This document shows positions 29,237 to 38,671 of a DNA stretch of 54,755 nucleotides, one piece after another; the first letter of the stretch is position 1, and each line of letters opens with the position of its first letter. Position numbers and translations under genes: made by a program. The notes under the pieces are model-generated. The model searched no databases. It saw only the letters and a program-made list of their open reading frames with translations, and was not told where the DNA came from. Origin of the DNA: a virus. Lineage: Duplodnaviria > Caudoviricetes. Location: IMG/VR virus record IMGVR_UViG_3300047550_001848, positions 1-54,755 of that record. The stretch is one strand, 5' to 3'.

Positions 29237-29655
29237 TGGTAAGTCTTGTACCGCCAGATCATGTACATGAGTGCTGGCCCCACGTGCAGGAATTTATGCG
29301 GAAAGCGGCGCGGTACACATATGGCCGTTTCCATGAAGAAGACATCTACGACCTAGTATCGCAGCGCTCTGATTACCATCTTTGGATTGCGTTCGAAGAA
29401 GGGCCAAAATATTACGGCGCGGTGGTTACTGGGTTTTCTGAGTACCCCAACAAGCGGGTGCTGACTATGCAGTTCTGTGGTGGAGAAGAAATCCACCGCT
29501 GGAAGGATCCAATGCTTGCATTATTTCGGCGTTGGGCTAAAGATACGCAATGCGAGGCAATTGAATTTACCGGGCGCAAAGGTTGGGCTAAGCTGTTCGC
29601 CAATGACGGTAACCAAGTCCAATGGGTAACCTGTGAGTTACCGCTAGGAGATTGA
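29233..29655 (+). CDS. GNAT-like protein (T7 gp13-position)
   Basis: Lies among ejection genes; GRKGW motif. Confidence 0.5.
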   Translation: MMVSLVPPDHVHECWPHVQEFMRKAARYTYGRFHEEDIYDLVSQRSDYHLWIAFEEGPKYYGAVVTGFSEYPNKRVLTMQFCGGEEIHRWKDPMLALFRRWAKDTQCEAIEFTGRKGWAKLFANDGNQVQWVTCELPLGD

Positions 29656-29656
29656 T

Positions 29657-32401
29657 ATGGGCAAAGGTGGCGGCAGTTCACAACCGACGACGCAAACGGT
29701 TCAGCAGTCCAACATCCCTGAATACGCGCGGCCATACTTCGAAGACATAATGACGCGCGGGCAAGCCGCGTCTCAGGTCCAATACCAACCCTACAGCGGG
29801 GAGCGGGTTGCGCCTTTTTCGCCAATGCAAGAGCAGGCGTTCCAAGGCATCTCACAACTTGGTCCTTCTCCGCTACTTGGTACGGCTGCGGGGCTCACGG
29901 GGCTTGGTGCGAAACAGGCTGCGCAGGCTGGGGAATATAACCCGCTTACTGCGGGTGAAGTTTTTGGACGTCCCGGGGCTATGGTGGGTACTGGATCTTT
30001 TGCGCAGCCCGGTGTCGCCGGGGTGTATATGTCCCCGTATATGCAGAATGTCGTTGACATCCAAACCCGGGAAGCACAGCGCCAAGCGGATATCGCTCGT
30101 ATTGGACGGCAAGCGCAAGCAACGGGTATGGGCGCTTTTGGGGGCTCGCGTCAAGCAATTATGGAAGCCGAAGCCGCGCGGAATCTCGCACAGCAAAAAG
30201 GGGACATCCAAGCTACCGGGCAGCAGGCAGCATTTCAACAAGCTCAGCAAACTTATCAAGCGGACGCGGCACGACAACTTCAGGCGCGGCTCGCCAACCA
30301 ACAAGCGGGACTCGCAGGACTCCAAGCTGCGGAACAGTCGCGCCAATTTGGCGCGGGGCTTGGGATGCAAGGAGTGCAGCAGCTTCTGGGGGCCGCGGGG
30401 CAGTTGGGGCAATTGGGGCAGACCGCGTATGGACAGCAAGTCGGTACCCTTCAAGCGCAACAGCAAGCGGGTGCACAACAGCAAGCGCAAGCGCAGCAGA
30501 TGCGAGATCTCGGGTACGAGGAGTTCATGCGCCAGCAGCTTTACCCGCAATCTCAGTTGCAGTTCTTGAGTTCCCTGCTTCGCGGGTCAGTCGTTGCCCC
30601 GCAGCAAACAATGTATACCTATCAGCAAGCCCCGTCGCTCGCTTCACAGTTGGGTGGTATTGGGATGGGTATATACGGTCTAAGCCGCGCAGGTGGGATG
30701 AAAGAAGGTGGCGAGGTTAAGTCGTACGCGCTTGGTGGAGTTACTGAAGGAGCATTTGCATCGAATATTTCGAAGCTGGTTAAGTTGGGGCTTTCGGACC
30801 CGCGCCTGATAGATCAGGATAGGACCGCTACCCCACTGGAGAAAAACATTGCCAAGATGAAGGTCGCGCAAATGCGGCAGGCGTTCTCCAACCAGCAAGC
30901 ACTTGATCGGGGTATTCCTTCCGAAGAGCCGGTGTTAGGGGGCATCGCAGATCTTGACGTTGCAGAACCCGAGTACGGAGCGGCGAGCGGCGGGATTGTT
31001 GCGTTTGAAGCGGGAGGTACTTCGGAAGCCACTGCAAAATATCAACAGGCTATGTCGCAATCATTGCCGATGGAATTTGGGCGGCGGCTCGGTGCGGGGG
31101 TTGCGGATCTCATTGCACTGCCCGGGCAATTCGCTTGGGAAATTGACCCCGCAACAGGTAAGCTACGGAAGAAATACGAGCGAGAAGGGTTTTTTCCAAT
31201 TTCCCGGGATATCGCGGATAAAGGAGCCGGTATAGAGGCGGGCTACGCGCAACAGGCCGCAGATATCGCTACCCGCAGAAAATTAGCGCGGCAACAGTTT
31301 CAGACAGAACAAGGCACCCCTGTAGTCGACCAGATTTCGGGGCCGCAACCGGCACCTGCTACCCCTACGGGGGTAGATTTTTTAGCGGCAAACGATGCGG
31401 TTCAGTCTAAAGCCGGCATCGGAGCATTGCTTAGCGGTCCGAAAGCCCCCCCTAGAAAAGTTGAAGATTTAACACCGCGAGCACCGCAAGCACCCGCCGT
31501 ATCGGCTGTTCCCGATCTTAATAAATTAGTGGAGCCGTACGTTAGCGAGCAAAAACGACTAATCTCCGCTGCCGAGATAGATGCTCAGCGTATGCCAACG
31601 CGGGAACAAACCGAGGCAAGCTATATAAAAAAAGTCACTCAGGATCTGCCGTACGACGTAGCAGACCAACTCACGTCCCTTACTACCGAGGGGCAAGAAG
31701 CTATTAAGCAGCGCGATAGCGACCGCTGGCTTGCCGTGGCTATGGGGGGTTTCGCAGCGGCAGCGGGCCAGTCTCCGCGTGCATTGCAGAACTTCGCAGA
31801 AGGGTTGGGCCTGACGGCGAAGGAATTCCGTGTAATCAATAAAGACTTCAAAGCGGCGGAAACTGAACGTCGCAAAATGCAGATTGCGCTACAGCAACAA
31901 GCCCGGGCGGAAGAGTTGGGGCTGCGGGAGAAAGCAGTGGCTGCGGGCGATAGGGCAGACACCGCGCGGCGAGCAGCGCAAGATCGTGTAGATAGTATGC
32001 AAACGAATCTCTTGGGTTCACAAATGGGGCTGGTTGTTACAGGCGCACAAATGGGGCAGCAGGAGAGGCTTACGCTGGCAAAAATTGCGGCCCAGCAAGA
32101 GGCGACCGGGGAAGTTCGACGTGCTCGGGAAGAGGGTAGGGAATCAGCAAGACTCAATAATTTAGCGGTGCGTTATGGTGCTGAGATTGATCGTCTTGCG
32201 AAGCTAATATTGGCGGGTATGGGGCCGACTGCGTTGACTGACCCTACCGCTGCGGCAAAAGCAGAAGCTCAGGCACGGCGAACAGTACTCAACCGTAACC
32301 CCCAATACAAAGAGATCACGGGGGAGGACGCCGAGTCTTCTACGCCGGGGGCGGGGGCAGCAGTTAAACGATACAATTTGGCTACTGGTAAACTGGAATA
32401 A
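29657..32401 (+). CDS. DNA ejection/pilot protein
   Basis: MGKGGG N-terminus, YMSPY, GAFGGSRQA, Gln/Ala coiled coils. Confidence 0.7.
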   Translation: MGKGGGSSQPTTQTVQQSNIPEYARPYFEDIMTRGQAASQVQYQPYSGERVAPFSPMQEQAFQGISQLGPSPLLGTAAGLTGLGAKQAAQAGEYNPLTAGEVFGRPGAMVGTGSFAQPGVAGVYMSPYMQNVVDIQTREAQRQADIARIGRQAQATGMGAFGGSRQAIMEAEAARNLAQQKGDIQATGQQAAFQQAQQTYQADAARQLQARLANQQAGLAGLQAAEQSRQFGAGLGMQGVQQLLGAAGQLGQLGQTAYGQQVGTLQAQQQAGAQQQAQAQQMRDLGYEEFMRQQLYPQSQLQFLSSLLRGSVVAPQQTMYTYQQAPSLASQLGGIGMGIYGLSRAGGMKEGGEVKSYALGGVTEGAFASNISKLVKLGLSDPRLIDQDRTATPLEKNIAKMKVAQMRQAFSNQQALDRGIPSEEPVLGGIADLDVAEPEYGAASGGIVAFEAGGTSEATAKYQQAMSQSLPMEFGRRLGAGVADLIALPGQFAWEIDPATGKLRKKYEREGFFPISRDIADKGAGIEAGYAQQAADIATRRKLARQQFQTEQGTPVVDQISGPQPAPATPTGVDFLAANDAVQSKAGIGALLSGPKAPPRKVEDLTPRAPQAPAVSAVPDLNKLVEPYVSEQKRLISAAEIDAQRMPTREQTEASYIKKVTQDLPYDVADQLTSLTTEGQEAIKQRDSDRWLAVAMGGFAAAAGQSPRALQNFAEGLGLTAKEFRVINKDFKAAETERRKMQIALQQQARAEELGLREKAVAAGDRADTARRAAQDRVDSMQTNLLGSQMGLVVTGAQMGQQERLTLAKIAAQQEATGEVRRAREEGRESARLNNLAVRYGAEIDRLAKLILAGMGPTALTDPTAAAKAEAQARRTVLNRNPQYKEITGEDAESSTPGAGAAVKRYNLATGKLE

Positions 32402-32413
32402 TAGGATCTTACT

Positions 32414-35400
32414 ATGCCTCTTATCGACATCCCGACCGTAGGACTTGTCGAATTTCCGGATTCTATGAGTTCGCAGGATATCGAAAAAGCAATACGCGAA
32501 AATATCCTAAAGCCAAAAACCACCCCCGCAGGCTATGTCCGCGAAGCTCTCAAAGGGGTACCTCGGGGGCTTGTTGGGGGGCTAGAGCAGGCAGGCTTAG
32601 GTCTTGCTGCGTTGCTCCCAGAGGAAACGGAAAAAACCGCGCGGGGGAAGATTAAGTCTATTGCGGAAAGCCTGAAGCCGTCTGTAGCCCCCGGGTACGA
32701 AGAGGCGATTCCGACCAAGCTTGGGGAGGCGGTAGGTTCTGTAGGCTCATTCCTTATTCCCGGCCTCGGGGCGGGCCGCGTAGCGGGTATGCTGGGCGCG
32801 GGAGTTGCGGGTGCTAGGGCAGCGCAGCTTGGGACAGCGGGGGTGCTTGCTCCTGCGGCGGGAGCGGGCGAAGCCCGTGAAAAGGCAATCACAGAAGGAG
32901 CTACCCCAGAGCAAATTCGGACGGCGACACAGCTTGGCTCACTTATCGGGTTGACTGAGCTTGCCCCCATCGAGCGCATGTTCCGGGGGCTGGGTAAAGA
33001 AGTCACTGGAGGACTTATCGGGCGCGTAAAGAACGCTCTTGTCACAGGCGGGTTTGAGGGTGCTCAAGAAGCGGCTGCACAGATTGCTCAAAACCTTGTT
33101 GCTCAGCGAATATACAAACCAAGCCAAGAACTCCTAGAGAGCGCGGGGGAATCCGGCGCGTACGGTGCGGGGGCGGGTGCGATCGTACAGTTTCTTCTCG
33201 ACGCGGCTGCGGGTCGCCGCGCGCCCCGTGCTGCCCCTACTCAACCTCTTGAAGCTGCACCCACTCAACCGATCCCCACGACGGCACAGCAACCTTTCTT
33301 TACGCCCGAGCAAGCACCCATTCCTACTGCGCCGCAAGCGGCCCCTCGTGCTTATACCCCCTCGGGGCAGTTGCTTACTGGTGAGCGCCTCGCGCCTGAA
33401 ACTCCGTCAGAGGATCTCACGGCGGATCTCGAAAGTGCAGTGAATGTCCTTGGGGTCGCAGAGCGGGAAGTAGAGCGAGTAAAGACGCAGATTTCCCAGA
33501 CCCGAGATCCTAACGAACGGGTGCGACTGTTCGAAGCCTTGGAACCCCTAGAAGCACGTCGGAAGGCGGCGCAGCAACAAGTTAATACATTGCGTAAACA
33601 AGCGGGGGTACCCACACCTACTGTAGCCCCGGGGCAAGGCGAGTTTGCGTTTGGGGAAGAAGGGCCAGAAATTCCCGAATTTGTAATCACTGACCGCACT
33701 TTACGTGGGCTGGGGTTCAAGGCAGATAGTACGCGAAAAGCAATCCTGAGAAAGCTGCGGGGTGTGGATGTTTCTACCCCTGAAGGATACGCCGCTTTTG
33801 AGGAGCTATTGACTGAACGGGACCGTAAAAAACAATCAATTGGGGGCTCAGAGGTTATAGATTTCATGACCCGCGCCCGCCGCCAGCTTCCCCCCGTCGA
33901 ACCCGCTGTTGCACCCCCCGAGGCTCCCGCAGTAAGCGCACCGTCTTTGCCACTCCAACCGACGGAAGGTCCGCGCGGAAAGATCGTAGAACCTACGATC
34001 ATTGGGGGATCCGTCGCGGCACCCACACCTTCTCCAGAGGTGGAACTCGACTTTATTCGGCAACGCTACGAAGCGGGGCTGCCGCTTACCCCTGCGGAGC
34101 AATATCGCCTCCGGGAAGCACAGAAAGCCGCGCCTACCCCTGAACTTGCCCTACCCGAACAACCCACCCCGCAGTCCTTGGAGGTAATCGAGAACCTCCC
34201 GCGCCAAACGCCCCCGCTGCAACTAACTAAAACCCAGATCCCGCAGCCGATAGAACCTACGTACCCTTCTGCGCCAATGCCTGCGTTCGTCGATGAGAAA
34301 AGCCTTGAAGCGATGGGGATAGCGAAGCGTAAGGACAAGGCAGCGGTTGCATTACGTGATACGTTGCTTGCCAAGGATCTAAACGATCCGGCGGATGCAG
34401 ATGCTGTTCGCACGGCGCTTCGTGCGTATCGTGACCGTGGGACTACGCTAAAAACCACCCGGGAAAAGATCGACAACTACCTGCGTTCTATCCCTGAACA
34501 GAGGGGGTTTGACTTTGAACGAGTTGATTCTACTGACGGACAAGTTGGTGAGCCAAGCGTGGGCGTGCCTGTACCACAACGAACCCCCGGAAGATCCCGT
34601 GCTCCTCAACCTCGACGAACCAACGTGGATGTATCTAGCGAAGCTCCTGAGCCAAGTACTCAAAGAGCGCAACCAGAGCCGAGTGCATTGACTCCGGTCG
34701 CCGCGTGGAAACAATACGCCCCTGAAGGCGCGAAGTATTCGCAGCTTAGCCCTGAAGAGCGGAATATATGGAAACGCGAGGTGGAAGGTAAGGCTTCGCT
34801 GGAAGAGCTTACGGAGCTAGCTAAAGCCCTTACAGAATTTCAGGCGAGTAGAAGGTTAGGAGAAGATCCAGATCTCGACGAAGCCCGGACAGTGCAGTCC
34901 GCAATCGAAGGAAAAAGTCTAGTCGATGCTGCTCGATGGTTGGCGCTGAACGCCCCTTCCAAAGACTACCAACTGATTGCAAGCCGCGTAGAAATACAAT
35001 TGCGGCGGCTAGAGGCGGCAGGGCTTAAATTTGATTTGAAGATCGCGCATCTAAACGATCGAGTACCCGGGGCGTTGCTTGGGGCGCGGGGGCTCGCGCA
35101 TGCAGAATATATAAAAGGCCAATTGACTGTTTGGCTAAACGGAACAGATGTCACGGGCAAAATAGGCACCTCATACGAAACACTACTGCACGAGCTTGTC
35201 CATGCAGCCACTATGTCAGCGGTGCGTGTAGGAAATACGCGGGGGGCTGCGGGCACCCCTCTCGCACAGTCAGTCAAAGATCTATACGCCGTAACAGACG
35301 CGATCATTAGGGAATTTAACCAAAGAGTTAGCGCGGATAAAACTAAACTATCAGAATTTGAACGGGCAGTATTTAGTAACCGCGTAAATGCCCTGAAAGA

Positions 35401-38341
35401 TCCGGACGAGATTCTTGCGTGGGCGCTTACAAACCGAGACGCGCAAGCATGGTTAGATACAGTCTCATACAAGAACAAATCTTTGTGGACCCGGTTTGTC
35501 GAGGCAGTTCGTACATTCCTTGGGTTGCCCGCAAAAACGGATACCGCGCTGTCCGAAGTACTCCGCATCGCGGATGAGTTGCTTGACATTCCTCCGGCGG
35601 ACATCGCCGCGCTCGCGGGGAAGATAGGGCAGACGTTACAGGTACAACAGCCTGCGGGCGAAGATATTCGTGCGCAGGTTTCCACAAACAACCCCATCCT
35701 CGATTCCTTCCTCGTACGGCGGGAGCAGGAGCTTACACGCGACGGAGATCGGCCTTGGTTCACGCAGCTTTGGGACGCCATTACCAAGTCTCCTGCCCAG
35801 TACGCCCGCAAGTTTGCGGTAGATATCGTGGACAACCAGTATGTCGCTAAACGTGAGTTAGAGAAAGCCGATCAGTGGGTACCGCGTATGCATATGGCGT
35901 TTGCTTCGCGTGCGGGGGATATCGCTGCCTCTTCGCTAATCACAGGACCGATCCAACTCACGACGTTGGGCGGGGGACGGGGGGTGCAAACCTTCGGGGT
36001 GGTCCAAGGGAAGTCCATCCGCGATGTCATGCAGTCTCTTGAAGAAGTAGCAGACCTGCTCCCACCGGGGGGTTCAAAGGGTAAGCGGTTTGCTGCGGCG
36101 TCCAAGCTGTTTGATGCTTATTCGTGGATAAAGCGGTTCAATAGTTTCACGCCCGCGATGAAGGCAAAATACACCATACCGCCTGAAATCTTTGCGGCAG
36201 GCCGCGAAGCTGATCGTCTATATGGTAGGCAATTTCGCAAAGCTCTCGACGATTGGACGACATATAAAAACGCGCTCTTGGAAGCGGCCCGGGCGGCAGG
36301 TAGGTTCAGTGATGAAGACGTGCAGGCATGGAAAGACGCCCCAGACTACGTGCCGTGGAACCGTATATTGGAGGATGCTAAGCACGGGTATCAAACCAAG
36401 TCCAGTGCGCGCACCTTCTTCTCATCGTTGAAAGCAGGCGGCGATATGAAGTCTCTCGTTGGCGGCGATATCGCGGAACGCCCCATCGGGTCCATGCTCA
36501 ACAACATGCAGTCATTGGCGTTCTGGCTCTCTACCAGCGCGGTAAAGAACCACGCCGCAAGTATTGTTGCGGATACCCTCGGGGGTAGTGCTTTTGGCGG
36601 GCGTTCGATTGCTGATCCCAATGTGCCCGGTGTAGACAAATCTCGGGTTATTGAGGTTTACGACAAAGGGGTGAAAAAGTATTACGAGCTTTCCGACCCC
36701 CTCGCAGCGGCTGCGTTCATGCCCATTGCCGAGGTGGCAGGGCCGATTCTGAAGGGGCTTAGCTCGATGACCCAACTGGTTCGCAGGGGGGTCACTCTTA
36801 TGCCGGGGTTCGTCGTGAATCAGCTTGCGCAGGATAGCTTCCGAGTCGCAACCTACAGTGGCGTAGGTCGCCCTTTCCGCGCGGGATCTCGGGTGGTTGG
36901 GAGCTTCTTAGGAGCGTTGCGCAACGACTCCCTTACTCAACGGCTTAGCCAATTCGGTCTGGAAGGGCAAGTCGATTACCTTTTTACAGGGCAATTCGGA
37001 GAAAAAACCCGTGCTGCCAAGCAGCTAGCACCCGCTGACCCCGGGCTGCGTACCGCCGCGAATAAGTTAGTCGAGAAGCTGGAGGCGTTTTCCCATGCCT
37101 CTGATATGGCGCAGCGTGAAGCTGTGTTCAAGCAGACCATGGAAGAAACCGGGGGTGACGAAGCGCTTGCCTTGTTCCGTGCTATCGAGATCATCAACTT
37201 CCAGAATCGGGGTAAATCGGGAGTCTCATCTATCCTGCGACACACCATCCCCTTCTTCAACGCTTACCTGCAAGGTCAGAACGTCGCGTACCGTGCGATG
37301 TTTCAGCAAGGAATCTCTGGGAAAGACCGTCAAGCGGCTTTGCGGCAGTTCCGTAACACTGCGCTTAAGATCGGGGCGTTCTCCATATTGTACGCAGCGC
37401 TCATGGCGGACGATGATGACTACAAGAAGATGTCCCCCAATGAGCGCATGCGGGGGTGGTTGCTGCCCGGAAGCCGTGAACAGTTGAAGCAACTTACTGG
37501 GGTGGACATCGGGCAAAACCTTATGATCCCGGTTCCGGCGGACCCTGCGGGTTTGATCACGAAGGCGCTGCCCGAATTGTTCACTACGTACTTTGCCTAC
37601 GAAGGCACCGCGTCTGAAATAGACGGACGCAAATTATTGAAAGCCATGGGGGACGGGGTGGCAAAGGCTATCTCGGCTCCGAATGTCGTGCCTCAAGCAG
37701 TCAAACCGTCGGTAGAGCTAGCGCTTAATTATTCCTTCTTCACCGGACGCGCTATCGTGGGTAAGGGGCAGGAACAGAAAGAGCCGTTTTTGCAATTCAC
37801 AGAGTCAACTTCTGAACTATCCAAAGCAATTGGGGAGTTTGCAAATATCTCCCCTATCAAACTCGACTACTTTATCCGTGGCACATTAGGAATGTTTGGT
37901 AGCACTCTTCTGCACTACGGGAGCGCTGCATATGCCTCGGCAGCGGGGGTTCAAGTTCCAGAATCTCGGTTGAGTGATAATCCCCAAGTGCGTGCGTTCC
38001 TTGCGGGTAGGGAGGGAGGTGGACAGCGTGAAGACTATTACGATCTCCGGGATCAAATTCAGCGTGTTGTACGCACGGTAAACGACCTGAAGATCTCTAA
38101 CCCCGCCAGACTTCAAACCTATTTTGAAGAGAACAAAGAACTTTACGCGCTCGGGCAAACGGGGCTGACGGGGCGGGTTGACGAGTGGGTGGAGAAATTC
38201 CGGAAACAACGGCAAATAATTCGCGGTTCTGATCTCCCCCCGGAAGTGAAACGACAACGATTGGATGAGCTTGAAAAGGCCGAGATTCAGCTATTCGCTA
38301 ACCTCAACCTTGCCACGCTACGTCGGGCTGTAAATCAGTAG
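32414..38341 (+). CDS. Large polyvalent ejection protein with zincin metallopeptidase motif and LPD38-like C-terminus
   Basis: 1975 aa; LLHELVH at 35183-35203; C-terminal IPFFNAYLQG, NYSFFTGRAIV, SPIKLDYFIRG. Confidence 0.75.
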   Translation: MPLIDIPTVGLVEFPDSMSSQDIEKAIRENILKPKTTPAGYVREALKGVPRGLVGGLEQAGLGLAALLPEETEKTARGKIKSIAESLKPSVAPGYEEAIPTKLGEAVGSVGSFLIPGLGAGRVAGMLGAGVAGARAAQLGTAGVLAPAAGAGEAREKAITEGATPEQIRTATQLGSLIGLTELAPIERMFRGLGKEVTGGLIGRVKNALVTGGFEGAQEAAAQIAQNLVAQRIYKPSQELLESAGESGAYGAGAGAIVQFLLDAAAGRRAPRAAPTQPLEAAPTQPIPTTAQQPFFTPEQAPIPTAPQAAPRAYTPSGQLLTGERLAPETPSEDLTADLESAVNVLGVAEREVERVKTQISQTRDPNERVRLFEALEPLEARRKAAQQQVNTLRKQAGVPTPTVAPGQGEFAFGEEGPEIPEFVITDRTLRGLGFKADSTRKAILRKLRGVDVSTPEGYAAFEELLTERDRKKQSIGGSEVIDFMTRARRQLPPVEPAVAPPEAPAVSAPSLPLQPTEGPRGKIVEPTIIGGSVAAPTPSPEVELDFIRQRYEAGLPLTPAEQYRLREAQKAAPTPELALPEQPTPQSLEVIENLPRQTPPLQLTKTQIPQPIEPTYPSAPMPAFVDEKSLEAMGIAKRKDKAAVALRDTLLAKDLNDPADADAVRTALRAYRDRGTTLKTTREKIDNYLRSIPEQRGFDFERVDSTDGQVGEPSVGVPVPQRTPGRSRAPQPRRTNVDVSSEAPEPSTQRAQPEPSALTPVAAWKQYAPEGAKYSQLSPEERNIWKREVEGKASLEELTELAKALTEFQASRRLGEDPDLDEARTVQSAIEGKSLVDAARWLALNAPSKDYQLIASRVEIQLRRLEAAGLKFDLKIAHLNDRVPGALLGARGLAHAEYIKGQLTVWLNGTDVTGKIGTSYETLLHELVHAATMSAVRVGNTRGAAGTPLAQSVKDLYAVTDAIIREFNQRVSADKTKLSEFERAVFSNRVNALKDPDEILAWALTNRDAQAWLDTVSYKNKSLWTRFVEAVRTFLGLPAKTDTALSEVLRIADELLDIPPADIAALAGKIGQTLQVQQPAGEDIRAQVSTNNPILDSFLVRREQELTRDGDRPWFTQLWDAITKSPAQYARKFAVDIVDNQYVAKRELEKADQWVPRMHMAFASRAGDIAASSLITGPIQLTTLGGGRGVQTFGVVQGKSIRDVMQSLEEVADLLPPGGSKGKRFAAASKLFDAYSWIKRFNSFTPAMKAKYTIPPEIFAAGREADRLYGRQFRKALDDWTTYKNALLEAARAAGRFSDEDVQAWKDAPDYVPWNRILEDAKHGYQTKSSARTFFSSLKAGGDMKSLVGGDIAERPIGSMLNNMQSLAFWLSTSAVKNHAASIVADTLGGSAFGGRSIADPNVPGVDKSRVIEVYDKGVKKYYELSDPLAAAAFMPIAEVAGPILKGLSSMTQLVRRGVTLMPGFVVNQLAQDSFRVATYSGVGRPFRAGSRVVGSFLGALRNDSLTQRLSQFGLEGQVDYLFTGQFGEKTRAAKQLAPADPGLRTAANKLVEKLEAFSHASDMAQREAVFKQTMEETGGDEALALFRAIEIINFQNRGKSGVSSILRHTIPFFNAYLQGQNVAYRAMFQQGISGKDRQAALRQFRNTALKIGAFSILYAALMADDDDYKKMSPNERMRGWLLPGSREQLKQLTGVDIGQNLMIPVPADPAGLITKALPELFTTYFAYEGTASEIDGRKLLKAMGDGVAKAISAPNVVPQAVKPSVELALNYSFFTGRAIVGKGQEQKEPFLQFTESTSELSKAIGEFANISPIKLDYFIRGTLGMFGSTLLHYGSAAYASAAGVQVPESRLSDNPQVRAFLAGREGGGQREDYYDLRDQIQRVVRTVNDLKISNPARLQTYFEENKELYALGQTGLTGRVDEWVEKFRKQRQIIRGSDLPPEVKRQRLDELEKAEIQLFANLNLATLRRAVNQ
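34515..34691 (+). CDS. Putative overprinted 58-aa protein in the +1 frame of the polyvalent gene
   Basis: GAGGGGG SD 7 nt before TTG; amphipathic helical sequence; the host frame is disordered over the same span. Confidence 0.5.
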   Translation: MNELILLTDKLVSQAWACLYHNEPPEDPVLLNLDEPTWMYLAKLLSQVLKERNQSRVH

Positions 38342-38344
38342 CCC

Positions 38345-38373
38345 AAAAAGAAACCCCGGCATTGCGCCGGGGT
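38345..38373 (-). terminator. Terminator at the convergence of late and replication operons
   Basis: ACCCCGGC-ATTGC-GCCGGGGT with an A-rich left flank (U-tract on - strand). Confidence 0.8.
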
Positions 38374-38407
38374 GAAGAGGGGGGATACAACGGGTAGGGG
38401 TATTATA

Positions 38408-38671
38408 TTACGCTACGCGCCAAACGCGTACACCTAACACCCCACGTTCTGCGACGAGTTGTGTGACAACTCTAAACCCTAGGCGGGAAGCCTCATTGCG
38501 AAGCTCGTCGGCAAGCCGCATCTGGTGGACCCCGGGGACAAAAAAAGTCTTACCGATCTGAAACCGCCCCCACGCGATCTGGATCAGTTTCCCATGCGTC
38601 CGAAGTAGCTGCGGTATCGGTTCCGGTTCCGGTGTCGGAGGTAGCGTCGGAGAAGGGGTTGCCCGGGTCAC
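38408..38671 (-). CDS. Small putative DNA-binding protein (FFVP...GVRVWR)
   Basis: Motif common in small phage proteins; overlaps the primase 3' end; start uncertain. Confidence 0.65.
   Translation of the reverse strand: MTRATPSPTLPPTPEPEPIPQLLRTHGKLIQIAWGRFQIGKTFFVPGVHQMRLADELRNEASRLGFRVVTQLVAERGVLGVRVWRVA

Noticed and set aside
29808-30569. 253-aa alternative-frame ORF inside the pilot protein gene
   Set aside because: Explained by stop-poor Gln/Ala/Gly codons; R/S/K-rich and not protein-like, no clear SD
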